This document shows positions 40,030 to 52,031 of a DNA stretch of 64,000 nucleotides, one piece after another (the first letter of the stretch is position 1; every line of letters begins with the position of its first letter). The notes beneath the pieces were generated by a model that did not search any database, was not told the DNA's origin, and saw nothing but the letters and a program-made list of their open reading frames with translations. The position numbers were made by a program, and so were the translations under genes. Source of the stretch: Mytilus edulis (Eukaryota); the NCBI RefSeq assembly GCF_963676685.1, contig NC_092357.1, forward strand, positions 48,918,001 through 48,982,000, given 5' to 3'.

Positions 40030-41108
40030 GAAGAGGGATTATCTTTACCGTAAATTAGCATACCCCGAACATCCTTTTGTGATGCGGCTCCTTGTGGTAA
40101 AATATCCCCTTTAATAAAAACACTATTCAATGATCTAATTACAGTGTTGACTTGATAATCTTTTAGAATAAGTTTATTTAAACGATTATAAGTATCCAGG
40201 ATCGTTTGTAAATTTCTGGACACAGTCAACAACATTTCCGTAAAATGAGGATGTGCTATCCCGTTTGAAATTAGTTTTCTACAGATACAACAAAACTTCA
40301 AAACCAAATCTTTATATTTATGGAAGAATTTAGTGAAGGTTTAAGTAATTTGGGATAAAGAAATCACTGGCTTAATAATTTACCAGAATCTAAAACGTCC
40401 CCACAGACACGAGCATAGCGAACGAGTTGTGAATTATAAATCCCGTACCAAAGGAAAATCACCATCCAAAAAGGGGAAATTAACCATAGGAAACGAAAAA
40501 TCCTCCCTTTTGTCGTAAATTTTAGTGTGGAGTTTTCCGTGTAAAACGAAAATATCTAAATCTAGGAAAGGACAGTTGTAATCGTTTAAATTTGATTTAT
40601 TTAAAGTAAGTTGATTTGGGTAAATTTCGGCAGTATATTGATAAAGTTCTTGATTATTTTACGAAAAATATCATAAAGTTAACGGTAAGGGTTGTTGAAT
40701 TTTTCAATCAAATGCAATTAAGACGGGTCTTTACTGAGTTTGGTCATAAACCGTGATTCATTACCGTACAAAAACAAGTCTGCTATTAAAGGGGTACAAT
40801 AAGTGCCCATTGGAATACCTTCAACCTGTCGAAAGACTGTGTTGCTGAAAAGTACATCAATACTATCAAGAAGAAAATTAACATCTTCAATCGTCTCATT
40901 ACACCTCAAATAAATAACCAAACGACCATTTGATTAAATACGAAAACTTATGATTGATAAGAGTGTGTGGACGTGTAGTGTAAAGAGTAGAAGAGTCAAA
41001 ACTGTCAACCGTATCAAAAGTACCATCATAAATACGTAATTTATCTAGAACATCCAAAATAAATTGTACACTCCAGAAATAGTTAATTCCACTATTTTCA
41101 TATATTTT
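40030..41108 (-). pseudogene. Decayed Naiad RT, second family (duplicated portion)
   Basis: ENSGINYFWSV, FDSSTLYT, GIPMGT, LIADLFLY; many frameshifts. Confidence 0.88.
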
Positions 41109-42359
41109 ACAGAATGTGGCGGATTTAAACATGTTATCGGGATCCTCCTAACTCGGGACAGTGATGTAACAGTACAACATACGAACGAACTATAAAAATC
41201 AGTAGAAAGAGACTTAACTCATCAGAAAAATACAAATAGAATATACATCTTACAAAAACACAGAGTGGTCGTGGCCGTGTACTTGTATATCCCCACAACA
41301 ACAAAAACACTAAGTACTAATCTGAGAGTACTTGCAGTTACTGATACCTAGTTCAAAGCCACTAACAACTAATAAACAAACAAAAAAAACATGCATCTAA
41401 CTAAATTATCAATCAGTACACATCTAACACCCCCTATACATAATAATTTAACATAATAATCTATTTCTGAAAACATGAAAAAAACGATAAATGACGTATA
41501 ATGATTATACATGGGTTTTTTTTTCTTTCATATCACACCCGTTATCGGCCCTAGGTCATGATATCAGCCTAAGTGACACAGGCTTCAGCAGAAGATATCA
41601 AACAAGAACTATTATAATTTGTTTTTCTTTAAACTTTTAGAAAATAGTTGACAGACAACAAAATTCAAATTCCTTAACTATTATTTATTGTTTTTCTTGA
41701 TATTAAAAGCATTTTATTTATCTTTTGCTGTGTTGCACCAATTATCAAGTTAATAGTCATCAAAGGTACCAGGATTATAATTCAATACGCCAGACGCGCG
41801 TTTCGTGAACATAAGACTCATCAATGACGCTCAGATCAAAATAGTTATAAAGCCAAACAAATACAAAGTTGAAGAGTTTTGATGGCCCAAAATTCCAAAA
41901 GGTTGTGCCAAATACGGCTAAGATAATTATCAACTTTCTTCCGAAAAAAGTGCATAATTTTTCTTTATAATTGTATTTATACTTGAAGCTCTTGGGGCCG
42001 GAACCTGTCTAGAGTTGGACTTAAAATTTGATATATATTTTAAAACATGTTAAATGTTAATTCAGATGCTCCTCAACCATTATGTGAAAGTCTTAAATCA
42101 CTTCCGGTGTTCAACCTTTTGTTGTCGTTTTTAAAAGACTCGATAAACGCAGCCGTTTACAAACAAGTTTCCGGAAATGCACGAAGTTGCTTGCATGCGA
42201 TGAACGTCACGGAAAATGACATCTTTAATTGGTTTTACATAGGCGGTAATGGTAACGTTTTATCCTGTTGCATACTCCATATGATAAACTTGGATATGTA
42301 TGCTAGCTCGTTTCGAAACTATGAAACTTTCACATATGTGGTTAAATTTTCAGGGTACG

Positions 42360-43910
42360 AAGAGGGATTATCTTTACCGTAAATTAGCATACCCCGAACA
42401 TCCTTTTGTGATGCGGCTCCTTGTGGTAAAATATCCCCTTTAATAAAAACACTATTCAATGATCTAATTACAGTGTTGACTTGATAATCTTTTAGAATAA
42501 GTTTATTTAAACGATTATAAGTATCCAGGATCGTTTGTAAATTTCTGGACACAGTCAACAACATTTCCGTAAAATGAGGATGTGCTATCCCGTTTGAAAT
42601 TAGTTTTCTACAGATACAACAAAACTTCAAAACCAAATCTTTATATTTATGGAAGAATTTAGTGAAGGTTTAAGTAATTTGGGATAAAGAAATCACTGGC
42701 TTAATAATTTACCAGAATCTAAAACGTCCCCACAGACACGAGCATAGCGAACGAGTTGTGAATTATAAATCCCGTACCAAAGGAAAATCACCATCCAAAA
42801 AGGGGAAATTAACCATAGGAAACGAAAAATCCTCCCTTTTGTCGTAAATTTTAGTGTGGAGTTTTCCGTGTAAAACCAAAATATCTAAATCTAGGAAAGG
42901 ACAGTTGTAACCGTTTAAATTTGATTTATTTAAAGTAAGTTGATTTGGGTAAATTTCGGCAGTATATTGATAAAGTTCTTGATTATTTTACGAAAAATAT
43001 CATAAAGTTAACGGTAAGGGTTGTTGAATTTTTCAATCAAATGCAATTAAGACGGGTCTTTACTGAGTTTGGTCATAAACCGTGATTCATTACCGTAAAA
43101 AAACAAGTCTGCTATTAAAGGGGTACAATAAGTGCCCATTGGAATACCTTTAACCTGTCGAAAGACTGTGTTGCTGAAAAGTACATCAATACTATCAAGA
43201 AGAAAATTAACATCTTCAATCGTCTCATTACACCTCAAATAAATAACCAAACGACCATTTGATTAAATACGAAAACTTATGATTGATAAGAGTGTGTGGA
43301 CGTGTAGTGTAAAGAGTAGAAAATTCAAAACTGTCAACCGTATCAAAAGTACCATCATAAATACGTAATTTATCTAGAACATCCAAAATAAATTGTACAC
43401 TCCAGAAATAGTTAATTCCACTATTTTCATATATTTTATTATAATAGTTTATGATAAGCTCTTTGTTATTAGTTAAGGAATTTGTCAAAAGCATGCACTG
43501 AGATATTAGTTGTTGAACACTTACTGAAGGCTGAGATGAAACGATATCTTACTGGTTTCTTTGTGTAGTTTAGGTAACCAATACATTGAAGGGACTTTCA
43601 AATGTTCAGAAGAAGCCTTAAGCTGTGATGTGGTTATATGTTTGTTTACTATAATGCTCTCTGTTCAGCGCACGTACTTGAATGCTAGGTGAATTTAAAA
43701 TTTCAATTTTAAGAATGTCGGTGTAGCATTTACGGCAGACCACAACCACGTTGTTGGCAGCTTTGTCAGCCGTTACAATTACATCCGCTTTGAAAGTTCT
43801 TGGAATTTAATTCTTATACTGGAAATAGGCGTCTTATGTACTCTAATACTTATCTCTAAACTATTACCAAAAATGTAGTATTCAATATTCTACAACATTT
43901 ATACATTTAT
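42360..43910 (-). pseudogene. Decayed Naiad RT, second family, with Cys at the Sec-equivalent site
   Basis: ADKAANNVVVVCRK, KVPSMYWLPKLHK, GIPMG. Confidence 0.88.
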
Positions 43911-43935
43911 TTGAATAAGAATCAAGATTTTTCAT

Positions 43936-44382
43936 TAGAATGAAATTCAAAACAGTGTGGCTGTGGCCATTGATTGACACATTAAATTCATCCATTGACT
44001 GGGACAATTTAGGTGAACGTTTGTATGTAACGACCACTGCTCACTATGTACTTTTTAAAGACACTTAAACTATGGGGTCACCAAAGGTTCTCAACACCTT
44101 AATAAAGTAATTCGAAAAATAAATCAGAAATAACACGATGTTTTGATTTATATCAATTATATAAATCAAAACATAAAGGTTATTTCTGATTATTTTTTCG
44201 AATTATTTTATAATTAAAGGCGTTAAGAAACCTTTGGTAACCCCACAGTTTAAATGTCTATCGTACGTACGTCATGAACAGTGGTCGTTACAGACAAACG
44301 TTCACGTAAATTGTCCCAGTCAATGGATGAATTTAATGTGTCAATCAATGGCCACAGCCACACTGTTTTGAATTTCATTCTA
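43936..44382. mobile_element. Fold-back MITE, same family as 11807-12252
   Basis: TAGAATGAAATTCAAAACAGTGTGGCTGTGGCC / reverse complement at end. Confidence 0.88.
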
Positions 44383-44602
44383 TTTCTAAATCATTTTCAA
44401 AATGTGATATTCTATAATCTGCTTTTAATTTCAGCAACTGTTTTAAATACGACTTACATGTACATTCAAAATGAACCGTTTTCCTTATGTGTATTATTCT
44501 TATCGTGACATAACATGTTTGCTTATAAGTAATTTTAGAATGACAAATATGTAGTTTGCTTGAACAATAGATATCAAAATATTCCTGTTCGATAAGGAGA
44601 AT

Positions 44603-44750
44603 AAATACTTTTTGGAATTTTGGGTTCTCAATGCGCATGCTCTTCAACTTTATACTTGTTTAACGTTTAAACTATTTTTATCTGAGCGTCACTGATGAGT
44701 CTAATGTAGACGAAATGCACGTCTGACGTATTAAATTATAAGCCTGGTAT
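44603..44750 (+). ncRNA. Retrozyme fragment with hammerhead 44686-44729 (stem III mutated)
   Basis: GCGTCA-CTGATGAG-TCTAATGTAGAC-GAAATGCACGTC-TGACGT. Confidence 0.8.
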
Positions 44751-45518
44751 TGTGCCAAAAGACATGCGTCTTATAGTACATCAAGTATGGTTAATCCATT
44801 TGGAAATTTGAAATAATTGAAAAAGTAACTATTTCTTGATAACATTTGTTCGGTTTCCAGAAGCAATTCAGTCTTCGTGGATTATTAATTGATTAATTGT
44901 ATAATGCCATCATCAATTGAGGCATGCTGCATTCTTGAATAATTCCGACAAGATTCTGTTTATCATTCGACTACTTAGGGAATTAAAATAGTCATAGTTT
45001 CCATCACACCCATATGCAAACTTAGTGCTGCTAACCTTTAACGTTAAGAACAGACTTACTGATTGAATATTATTCGACTATCATACAAGTGAGAAGTTCG
45101 GATAGATATAAAACCAGGTTTAATCCAACATTTAATACTTAAGAAAAAGCCTGTACCAAGTCAGGATTATGACATTCTGAAGAGTACATGTAAATAAAGT
45201 CTACAGTAATGACTGATGTTGAAGTTTGACACCAGAAAAGGACATATGGCGTTTTACTAGCATGTGAAAAAGACTAGATCAAAATTTTTTTTATTTAACA
45301 CATTGAGAGTGTGACCATATTTAAGTGAAATAAATGTACCACAATTGTTGAAACTCGAAATCAGTTGATATAAACTATCTTTCCTATTCAAATAGTAACA
45401 ATATACTCACCGAAGACTCGTTAATCCTTATATGACAATCAGATAATTCGAATTAAAGGTTTCCCCTCCCCTGATGCTCTATAAACTGTTGATACAGTCC
45501 TTGGATGGTGTAAACTTG

Positions 45519-45890
45519 CCACCAACACCATACACCATACACCATTACACCATTACACCATACACCATACACCATTACACCATGCATCTTGTACCATTAC
45601 ACCTTAAACGTTATACCTTTGCCCCATACACCTTACACATTACACCATACACCATTTCCCATTATATCTACATAATCCGAAATTACCCATAATGCAATTA
45701 AATTTCAAATATTAAGATTATCATTATTGTTTATGTTTACAATTCGAAAAAAAGAACTTCGTTTTCAACCAATGAAATGTCGTACACCATCATTAACACC
45801 ATTCCCGATCGCACGTTACACAATCACCATAGCACCATAAACCTTACACCATTGCATCATTGTACCATATGCCATACACCATTACACCAT
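45519..45890. repeat. CACCATA/CACCATTA minisatellite (two blocks)
   Basis: Repeated (ACACCAT[T]) units. Confidence 0.85.
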
Positions 45891-45967
45891 ATATGTTTTT
45901 TGGGAAGTTTACACCATCCAAGGGCTGTAACTTACAGTATAAACAAAAGAATAAAGAAAAATGTAAA

Positions 45968-46570
45968 AACTAGATGTGTCGGAACGACAGGAATGGTTCC
46001 GTCTCAAAAAGTTGAAAAACCTGCAATTTAAACAACACAGTCATGTGAACACAAACATGCATGGATAATATCCAGCTCTCAGGACCAATACCAGTTTGAG
46101 GAAAAATTTCCTTGAGCAATGAGTAATTAAATTTCAAACTATCAACAAACAGCAAGTGGATGTACTGCAGATCTAAAAAGACACGTTGAAACGACACGAA
46201 AATCAGCATAGCGGACAAACCATAAACTTGATCTGTAACTCACCATTGTAGTCTCACATATAAACAAATCAGCGCAAAATCTAAAGGCGTATAAAAAAAA
46301 GTCTGTATAACCGTGATTTTCAAAAAAAAAACAAAAGTCTAAAACCTTTAATTTAAATCAGCGGAGCTGGACGAAACTTAATCCTGATCTGTATGTCATC
46401 ATGGTTAACTCGAAAACAACTCAATATTTGAGGGCATTAAGAAAAAAGTCCAGATAAAGTTTTTTTTGCAGAATGACGAAATGACAGAATGTCGGAATGA
46501 CAAAATGACGGAATGACGGACAAGCGTAAAACTATATGACCCCGACAACTTTGTTGAAGGGCCATAAAAA
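45968..46570 (+). mobile_element. Pearl/HINE-like (Helentron-associated) non-autonomous element
   Basis: Starts AACTAG in an A-run, has internal tandem units, (GAATGACG)n microsatellite at 46470-46520 and a 3' hairpin; weaker relatives at about 17100-17470 and 28075-28320. Confidence 0.55.
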
Positions 46571-48736
46571 TATAATCACACAAACATAGGAATACAAAAT
46601 AAATAACATGCTCTTCAATATTGGTAAGTATAAACTATAATCACAAAAAAATCTGAACTCCGAGGAAAATTCAAAACGAAAAGTCCCAAATCAAATGGCA
46701 AAATCAAATGATAAAATACATCAAACGAATGGACAGCAAATGTCATATTCATGAGTTGGTACAGGCATTTTACTATGTAGAAAATGGAAGATTTAACCTG
46801 GTTTTATACCTAGCTAAACCTCTTACTTGTATGCCAGTCGCATCAAATACAATTATATTGAAAACGATGTCTGAACAAAACAATCAGAAATTTTGTAAAG
46901 AGTTAGACATACCTGTGGACTTTTGTACCACACATATTACATAACGAAACCATTTTAATTGTGTGACTGTCTAGACACTAAAGTCATATACTGAATACAA
47001 AACACATGGGTATAAAGAAGGGTAAATGAAGGGTTTTATATATTTGTCTTGGACATACGTCATTTTAATGTCATTTTGTCATTTTGATGAGGTTCGTATT
47101 GCTAAGTCTTTGTTTTTCTATCTTGTGTTTGTGTACTATTTGTCTGTTTGTCTGTTTTCTTTTGTAACCATGACGTTGTCATTTTTATTTTTGAGTTTGA
47201 ATGCCCCTCTGATAACAATCGCCCCTCTTGTTTAAGCTGATTTCCATAGTATCAGAAGTCAAGTAAACATAATTCACGTGACGGTGTAAACAACTCTGAT
47301 GCGTTAATTACCTGTAAACGTGTTTAAACACGATCAGAAGTATAGTTTTGTTAAGCAGCATCACATATAAGGGAATCTAGATTCGGCACATGTTGTAGAT
47401 TCTATGTGCCAACTTTTCAACCTATGATTTGGTGTTATTTTCGAGAACCACGAATCATTGAGTGTTTGTATTGTTACTCATGTTTTAAAAAATCTTGTCC
47501 ATCGATGATTTCTCTTGGAAATGTTCACCCATCCTTAACAGTAGATGAAGCATCTAACATAGATATAAAAAGATATAACAAACGACACTACAAAACATCC
47601 AATTTCTGACTTAGAACAGATGCAAACAATTGCAGCGGATTTAAGCGTTTTAATAGGTACCAACCTTCACCCTTATCTGAAACAATATTGTAACATCACA
47701 ACATACAACACACTATAAACATGTACATATACACTGTTAACATACATTTAGTCAGCAAAGCACTTTTGAATTTATAGCAGACATTAGTTTGCATGTTTTT
47801 AATTCTTGAGGAAAAAAACTTTACACTACTACGATTTCAGAAGAGGATTCACAGAAACATTGCCGGTCTTATGTTTTCTATCTTTGTCAAGAATATCATA
47901 TGATCATTTCAATGTTGAAAAATATTTGAAAGAAGGACTCTTACAACGAACAGAAATACTTGATGAAAATACATCGCTATCAAATAATATCAACAGGTCA
48001 CTTCACAAAATCTTTCATATGAACACTTTAATGCTTTATTTCGAGGACACATTAAATCGCATTTTCGTGCTCAACAGCAGATTGTCTAGTCACTTTTCAA
48101 TGTACATCGATTTAAAGGTATCCGAAAACTTTTAGAAACTTGATTTCGTATTTGCTCACTGATCAGAAGATAAACAATGAAGTTCATAGTAAAACCAATT
48201 CCAAGGCTAAAAGCTGTACATCGTCTGAAGAAATTTCTTACGTCTTTAGTCAGTAAGAAACTAATCGACACATCATGTATGATGACAACTACATTCATTA
48301 TTTCCGAAAGAATAAACACGGCACATATTAAAATCACTAATAAGGCAGACCTTCGATGTTTTCGTTGGGTAACTGTTGTATCTTTCCATGGCAAATTACG
48401 CCTGAGACATGTAAGCTTGAAGCAAATGTAAATTGTAGATATCAATACCGAAGTAAGCATTAGTACATATACATGTATAACAAAAATTATCCACCAGGAC
48501 CATTCATTCAACTTTGAGGTAAACCGTTCTAAGTTTTTATCTGTATTAATACAATATCCGTTTCTTTTTTTGCCAAATATTCCATATCTAAAAATGGCTT
48601 CCGGAATATATAAAATGATAGATACCACAATAATTAAACATGATATGCTCATTGACTTCCGTGTATTAAATCTGTTTGTAAATGGACACATGAACACGAT
48701 GGTTTTTTGCAGGCACAATGTAGCAGTTAGTAACAC

Positions 48737-49345
48737 TATATGGTCATTTTATAAATTTTCTGTTTACAAAACTTTGAATTTTTCGAAAAACTAAGGATGT
48801 TCTTACCCCAGAAGTAGATTACCTTAGCCGTATTTGGCACAACTTTTTGGAATTTTGGGTCCTCAATGCTCTTCAACTTTGTATTTGTTTGGCTTTTTAA
48901 CTATTTTGATCTGAGCGTCACTGATGAGTCTTATGTAGACGAAACGCGCGTCTGGCGTATACAATTATAATCCTGGTACTTTTGATAACTATTTACACCA
49001 CTGGGTCGATGCCACTGCTGGTGGACGTTTCGTCCCCGAGGGTATCACCAGACCAGTAGTCAGCACTTCGGTGTTGACATGAATATCAATTATATGGTCA
49101 TTTTTATAAATTTTCTGTTTACAAAACTTTGAATTTTTCGAAAAACTAAGGATTTTCTTTCCCCAGAAGTAGATTACCTTAGCCGTATTTGGCACAACTT
49201 TTTGGAATTTTGGGTCCTCAATGCTCTTCAACTTTGTATTTGTTTGGCTTTTTAACTATTTTGATCTGAGCGTCAGTGATGAGTCTTATGTAGACGAAAC
49301 GCGCGTCTGGCGTATAAAATTATAATCCTGGTATTTTTGATAATT
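48737..49345 (+). mobile_element. Non-LTR retrozyme, about 1.7 tandem units of about 355 bp
   Basis: Unit repeats at 48737 and 49091; one hammerhead per unit. Confidence 0.9.
48915..48958 (+). ncRNA. Minimal type I hammerhead ribozyme (intact core)
   Basis: GCGTCA-CTGATGA-GTC(TTATGTA)GAC-GAAA-CGCGCG-TC^TGGCGT; the second copy 49270-49313 has C3>G. Confidence 0.93.
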
Positions 49346-51609
49346 ATCTTCTTTAAAATCAAAATTACTTTTCGCATTTATAAAAACGTACAAGTTAAGC
49401 ACTGACATGATAACAGCAGTAATGGCATCGGAAACTGCTAAAAATATAAGCAACACAGTTACCAGAGATATATTTTGCTTTTGTAAGAACACATACACTA
49501 TAAAACTATTAACACATATAATCTCTAATGCCAAAACAATCATAACATAGGTAACCCAATGTATAGGGAACAGTCATACCTTATTAAAACGTTATGTTTT
49601 TTTACGTCTCATTTGCTTTCGTTTGGGTTTCCGTTCCTTTTTGGTTCTTTTCCGAATTCTATCATTTCGCCTAGCGAGTCTATTGATTGTTTTGTCATAG
49701 TTATGACTGTCAATGGTAATATTAAATTGGTCCTTTTGTGATTCATCCTTTGTTTTCGATGACCTAGACTCGATAAAAGTTCCATGCTATTTGAAAGGGT
49801 GTTTGATGACATGTTATCAGTAATCTGCAAAGCCGGTATCATGGTCGTCCTACTAAACAAAGCCGGCAACAAGTTCGTCGTACTAAACAAAATCGGCATC
49901 ATGGTCGTCATACTTAACATTGTAATGAATTTGACTACAAAGAAGTGATGGATATTACATACCATGTGTTACGGTTATGTTACAAAATTGTAGTACGTAG
50001 CTGTAAAATACTCTTTTTAGTATTGAATACATATCCCGTTGTTAACAAATTATTTGATATACACAATCAGACGTCTCCTCTCTATCTATGCTATACAACA
50101 TATGAGATGAAAAGTGCAAACGAGTTAAATATAGCAATACTGACTTTAAATAGCTAGCATCATGATCATCAATCACACTTTTTCATGTGGTTTTTTTTTG
50201 TTTTTTTTTTTGTTTTTTTGTGAAACAATAACATGAATAATCCTGACTTATAATTTTCATTTTATGCAGAATACTGTATTTTTAGTGTAACGTACTTAGT
50301 TTATTGAATCCATCAAATTTCATCGTATATGCCTTGAGACACGAAAGAAAATTTAAATTTCTGACAAATCGTTTTCAACAAACACATCAACTTAATTGTT
50401 AAACGATTACAAATTTGAACAGGATGCAATTAATTTACAGGTTTTATAATATTTATCAGACTGCGATTTACATTGCAGGAATAACTGGATGATTAGTAAT
50501 CTTGGAATACCTGTAAAATATGAAGATTTTTAGTTTGGGTGGGGGTGAAATTACTACAAATTGGAACATTCCCGATGTCATCTGGGAAATGGATATTCAA
50601 TAACGATTACCACGAGTATGTTGGCGTCTGTAAAATTATCGAAGATATTTATAGATTTCATACATCATACATATAAATGGCAAACTATTCAAACGAGTAA
50701 ATCAACGTCATGGTGTATGTAAAAACAAAACGAAACTCAATTTTGACAGAGAGCTACCGACGACAATAACTGAATTACAGACTCTTAAGTTGGATCAGAT
50801 ACATACAGAAATATGTTATATGTATGTTACAGGCATTTTGTAAAATGACTGAATTTTCAGGCAATTAATAAAATGCCTAATCTTGACAGGCATTATACAA
50901 AATGACTTAAAATACCTAGTCAATTTTTAATATGACTGAAATTATGAAACAAAATTCAACAAATTGCCTATTCAGTTTCATGCAATTTGAAGAAGGATAT
51001 CATGGTGATGCATATGACAAAACTCAAAAACACAATATCTTGCAAAGAAAATAACTAATGATCGTAAGAATTAATTTATTTTCCAAAAACCTGCTGGGAA
51101 GGTTTGTATGTCATGTATGGTGTGTTCTTTTTAGTGAAACTATGTCAAATATGTACTAAGTCTGTATTTTTTATTCTAGTAGTAAATTTCTGATTATTAT
51201 GTCAAAATGGCAGAAGGACAAATTGTTCTGTCAATAGAACAAAATTTTCAAAATTTACAAACAAATTTTTAGTAAACTTTAGATTCAAAACAGTAATATG
51301 AAACCTATGAAGCAGAGAAAAAGAAGTTTGTTGTTAATTGACTGATTGCTGTTAGTTTGCTGTCAGTCGCATATATGTCATGCATTTTTAAGATGTGAAC
51401 CATTTAGTTATAATTCGTATGGGTTATTTCTACAACGTCTTTGTGCAAGCTCTTGAAAATATACTATATCCTAGAATGCATTCAATTCTGAAATGGCGAG
51501 TAAGGTATAGTGGCCCATTGCATCGTATATTTGTATTAAACGTTGGTACATTTTCTTATAATTTACCATTACCTCTGTAGGTTAACGTTTAAAAATGTAT
51601 GTTCAATCA

Positions 51610-51805
51610 ACTACATTATAGCGGGTATTTTTCGAGGGGTACAACTTGTCGATTATTTTCGCGGATAGAACAAAATCATCAAAATGTAAAGGTAGCAAAA
51701 AAAATTTTGAATCCGCCAAAGTAATTACCGACAAAATATTTCGTATACATTATTTAATGAAAATCGCGAAATTTAACCACCGCGAAAATAACCCAATATA
51801 CGGTG
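51610..51805. mobile_element. Probable small TA-flanked MITE, degenerate
   Basis: TATAGCGGGTATTTTTCG versus CGCGAAAATAACCCAATATACGG imperfect inverted ends; followed by (TA)n. Confidence 0.4.
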
Positions 51806-52031
51806 TATATATATATATATATATATGCATGATGATGTCCGGTGCTTTATGAAGTGTCTTGGTAACTTTTCCGCTACCAGTTTAAACACGTTTAATTGTT
51901 GACTTAATCGTGAGCGGATGTCATCGTAAGGAAATCTCATCGAAAGAAGTGCTTTGAATGCAATCAACAAGTTGTGTTTGATAACATGAGTAACAAAGAA
52001 TGCTAGTGTTTTAATTGCTAAAATTAATTAT

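Larger units (their letters stand above)
38779..43438. repeat. Near-identical direct tandem duplication, 2329-bp unit x2
   Basis: ORF pairs 39718/42047, 39990/42319 and 40718/43047 are all offset by 2329; junction at about 41109. Confidence 0.95.
48086..49965 (-). pseudogene. Rhodopsin-like (peptide/FMRFamide-receptor-like) GPCR disrupted by a retrozyme
   Basis: TM1 VNSFIVYVF, TM2 LIFLAVSD, TM3 LCLQKTIVFMCPF, TM4 LYIP, TM6 VFILSE, TM7 NFIVYLLISEQIR; N-terminal frameshift. Confidence 0.8.

Noticed and set aside
39718-40053. 111-aa ORF present twice
   Set aside because: Duplicated only because of the tandem duplication; antisense to the PLE end; no recognisable domain
45474-46031. His/Thr/Pro-rich ORFs
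   Set aside because: Translations of the CACCATA minisatellite
50830-50990. Repeated AAAATGACT/AAAATGCCT motifs
   Set aside because: Probably a transposon subterminal remnant; ends not definable
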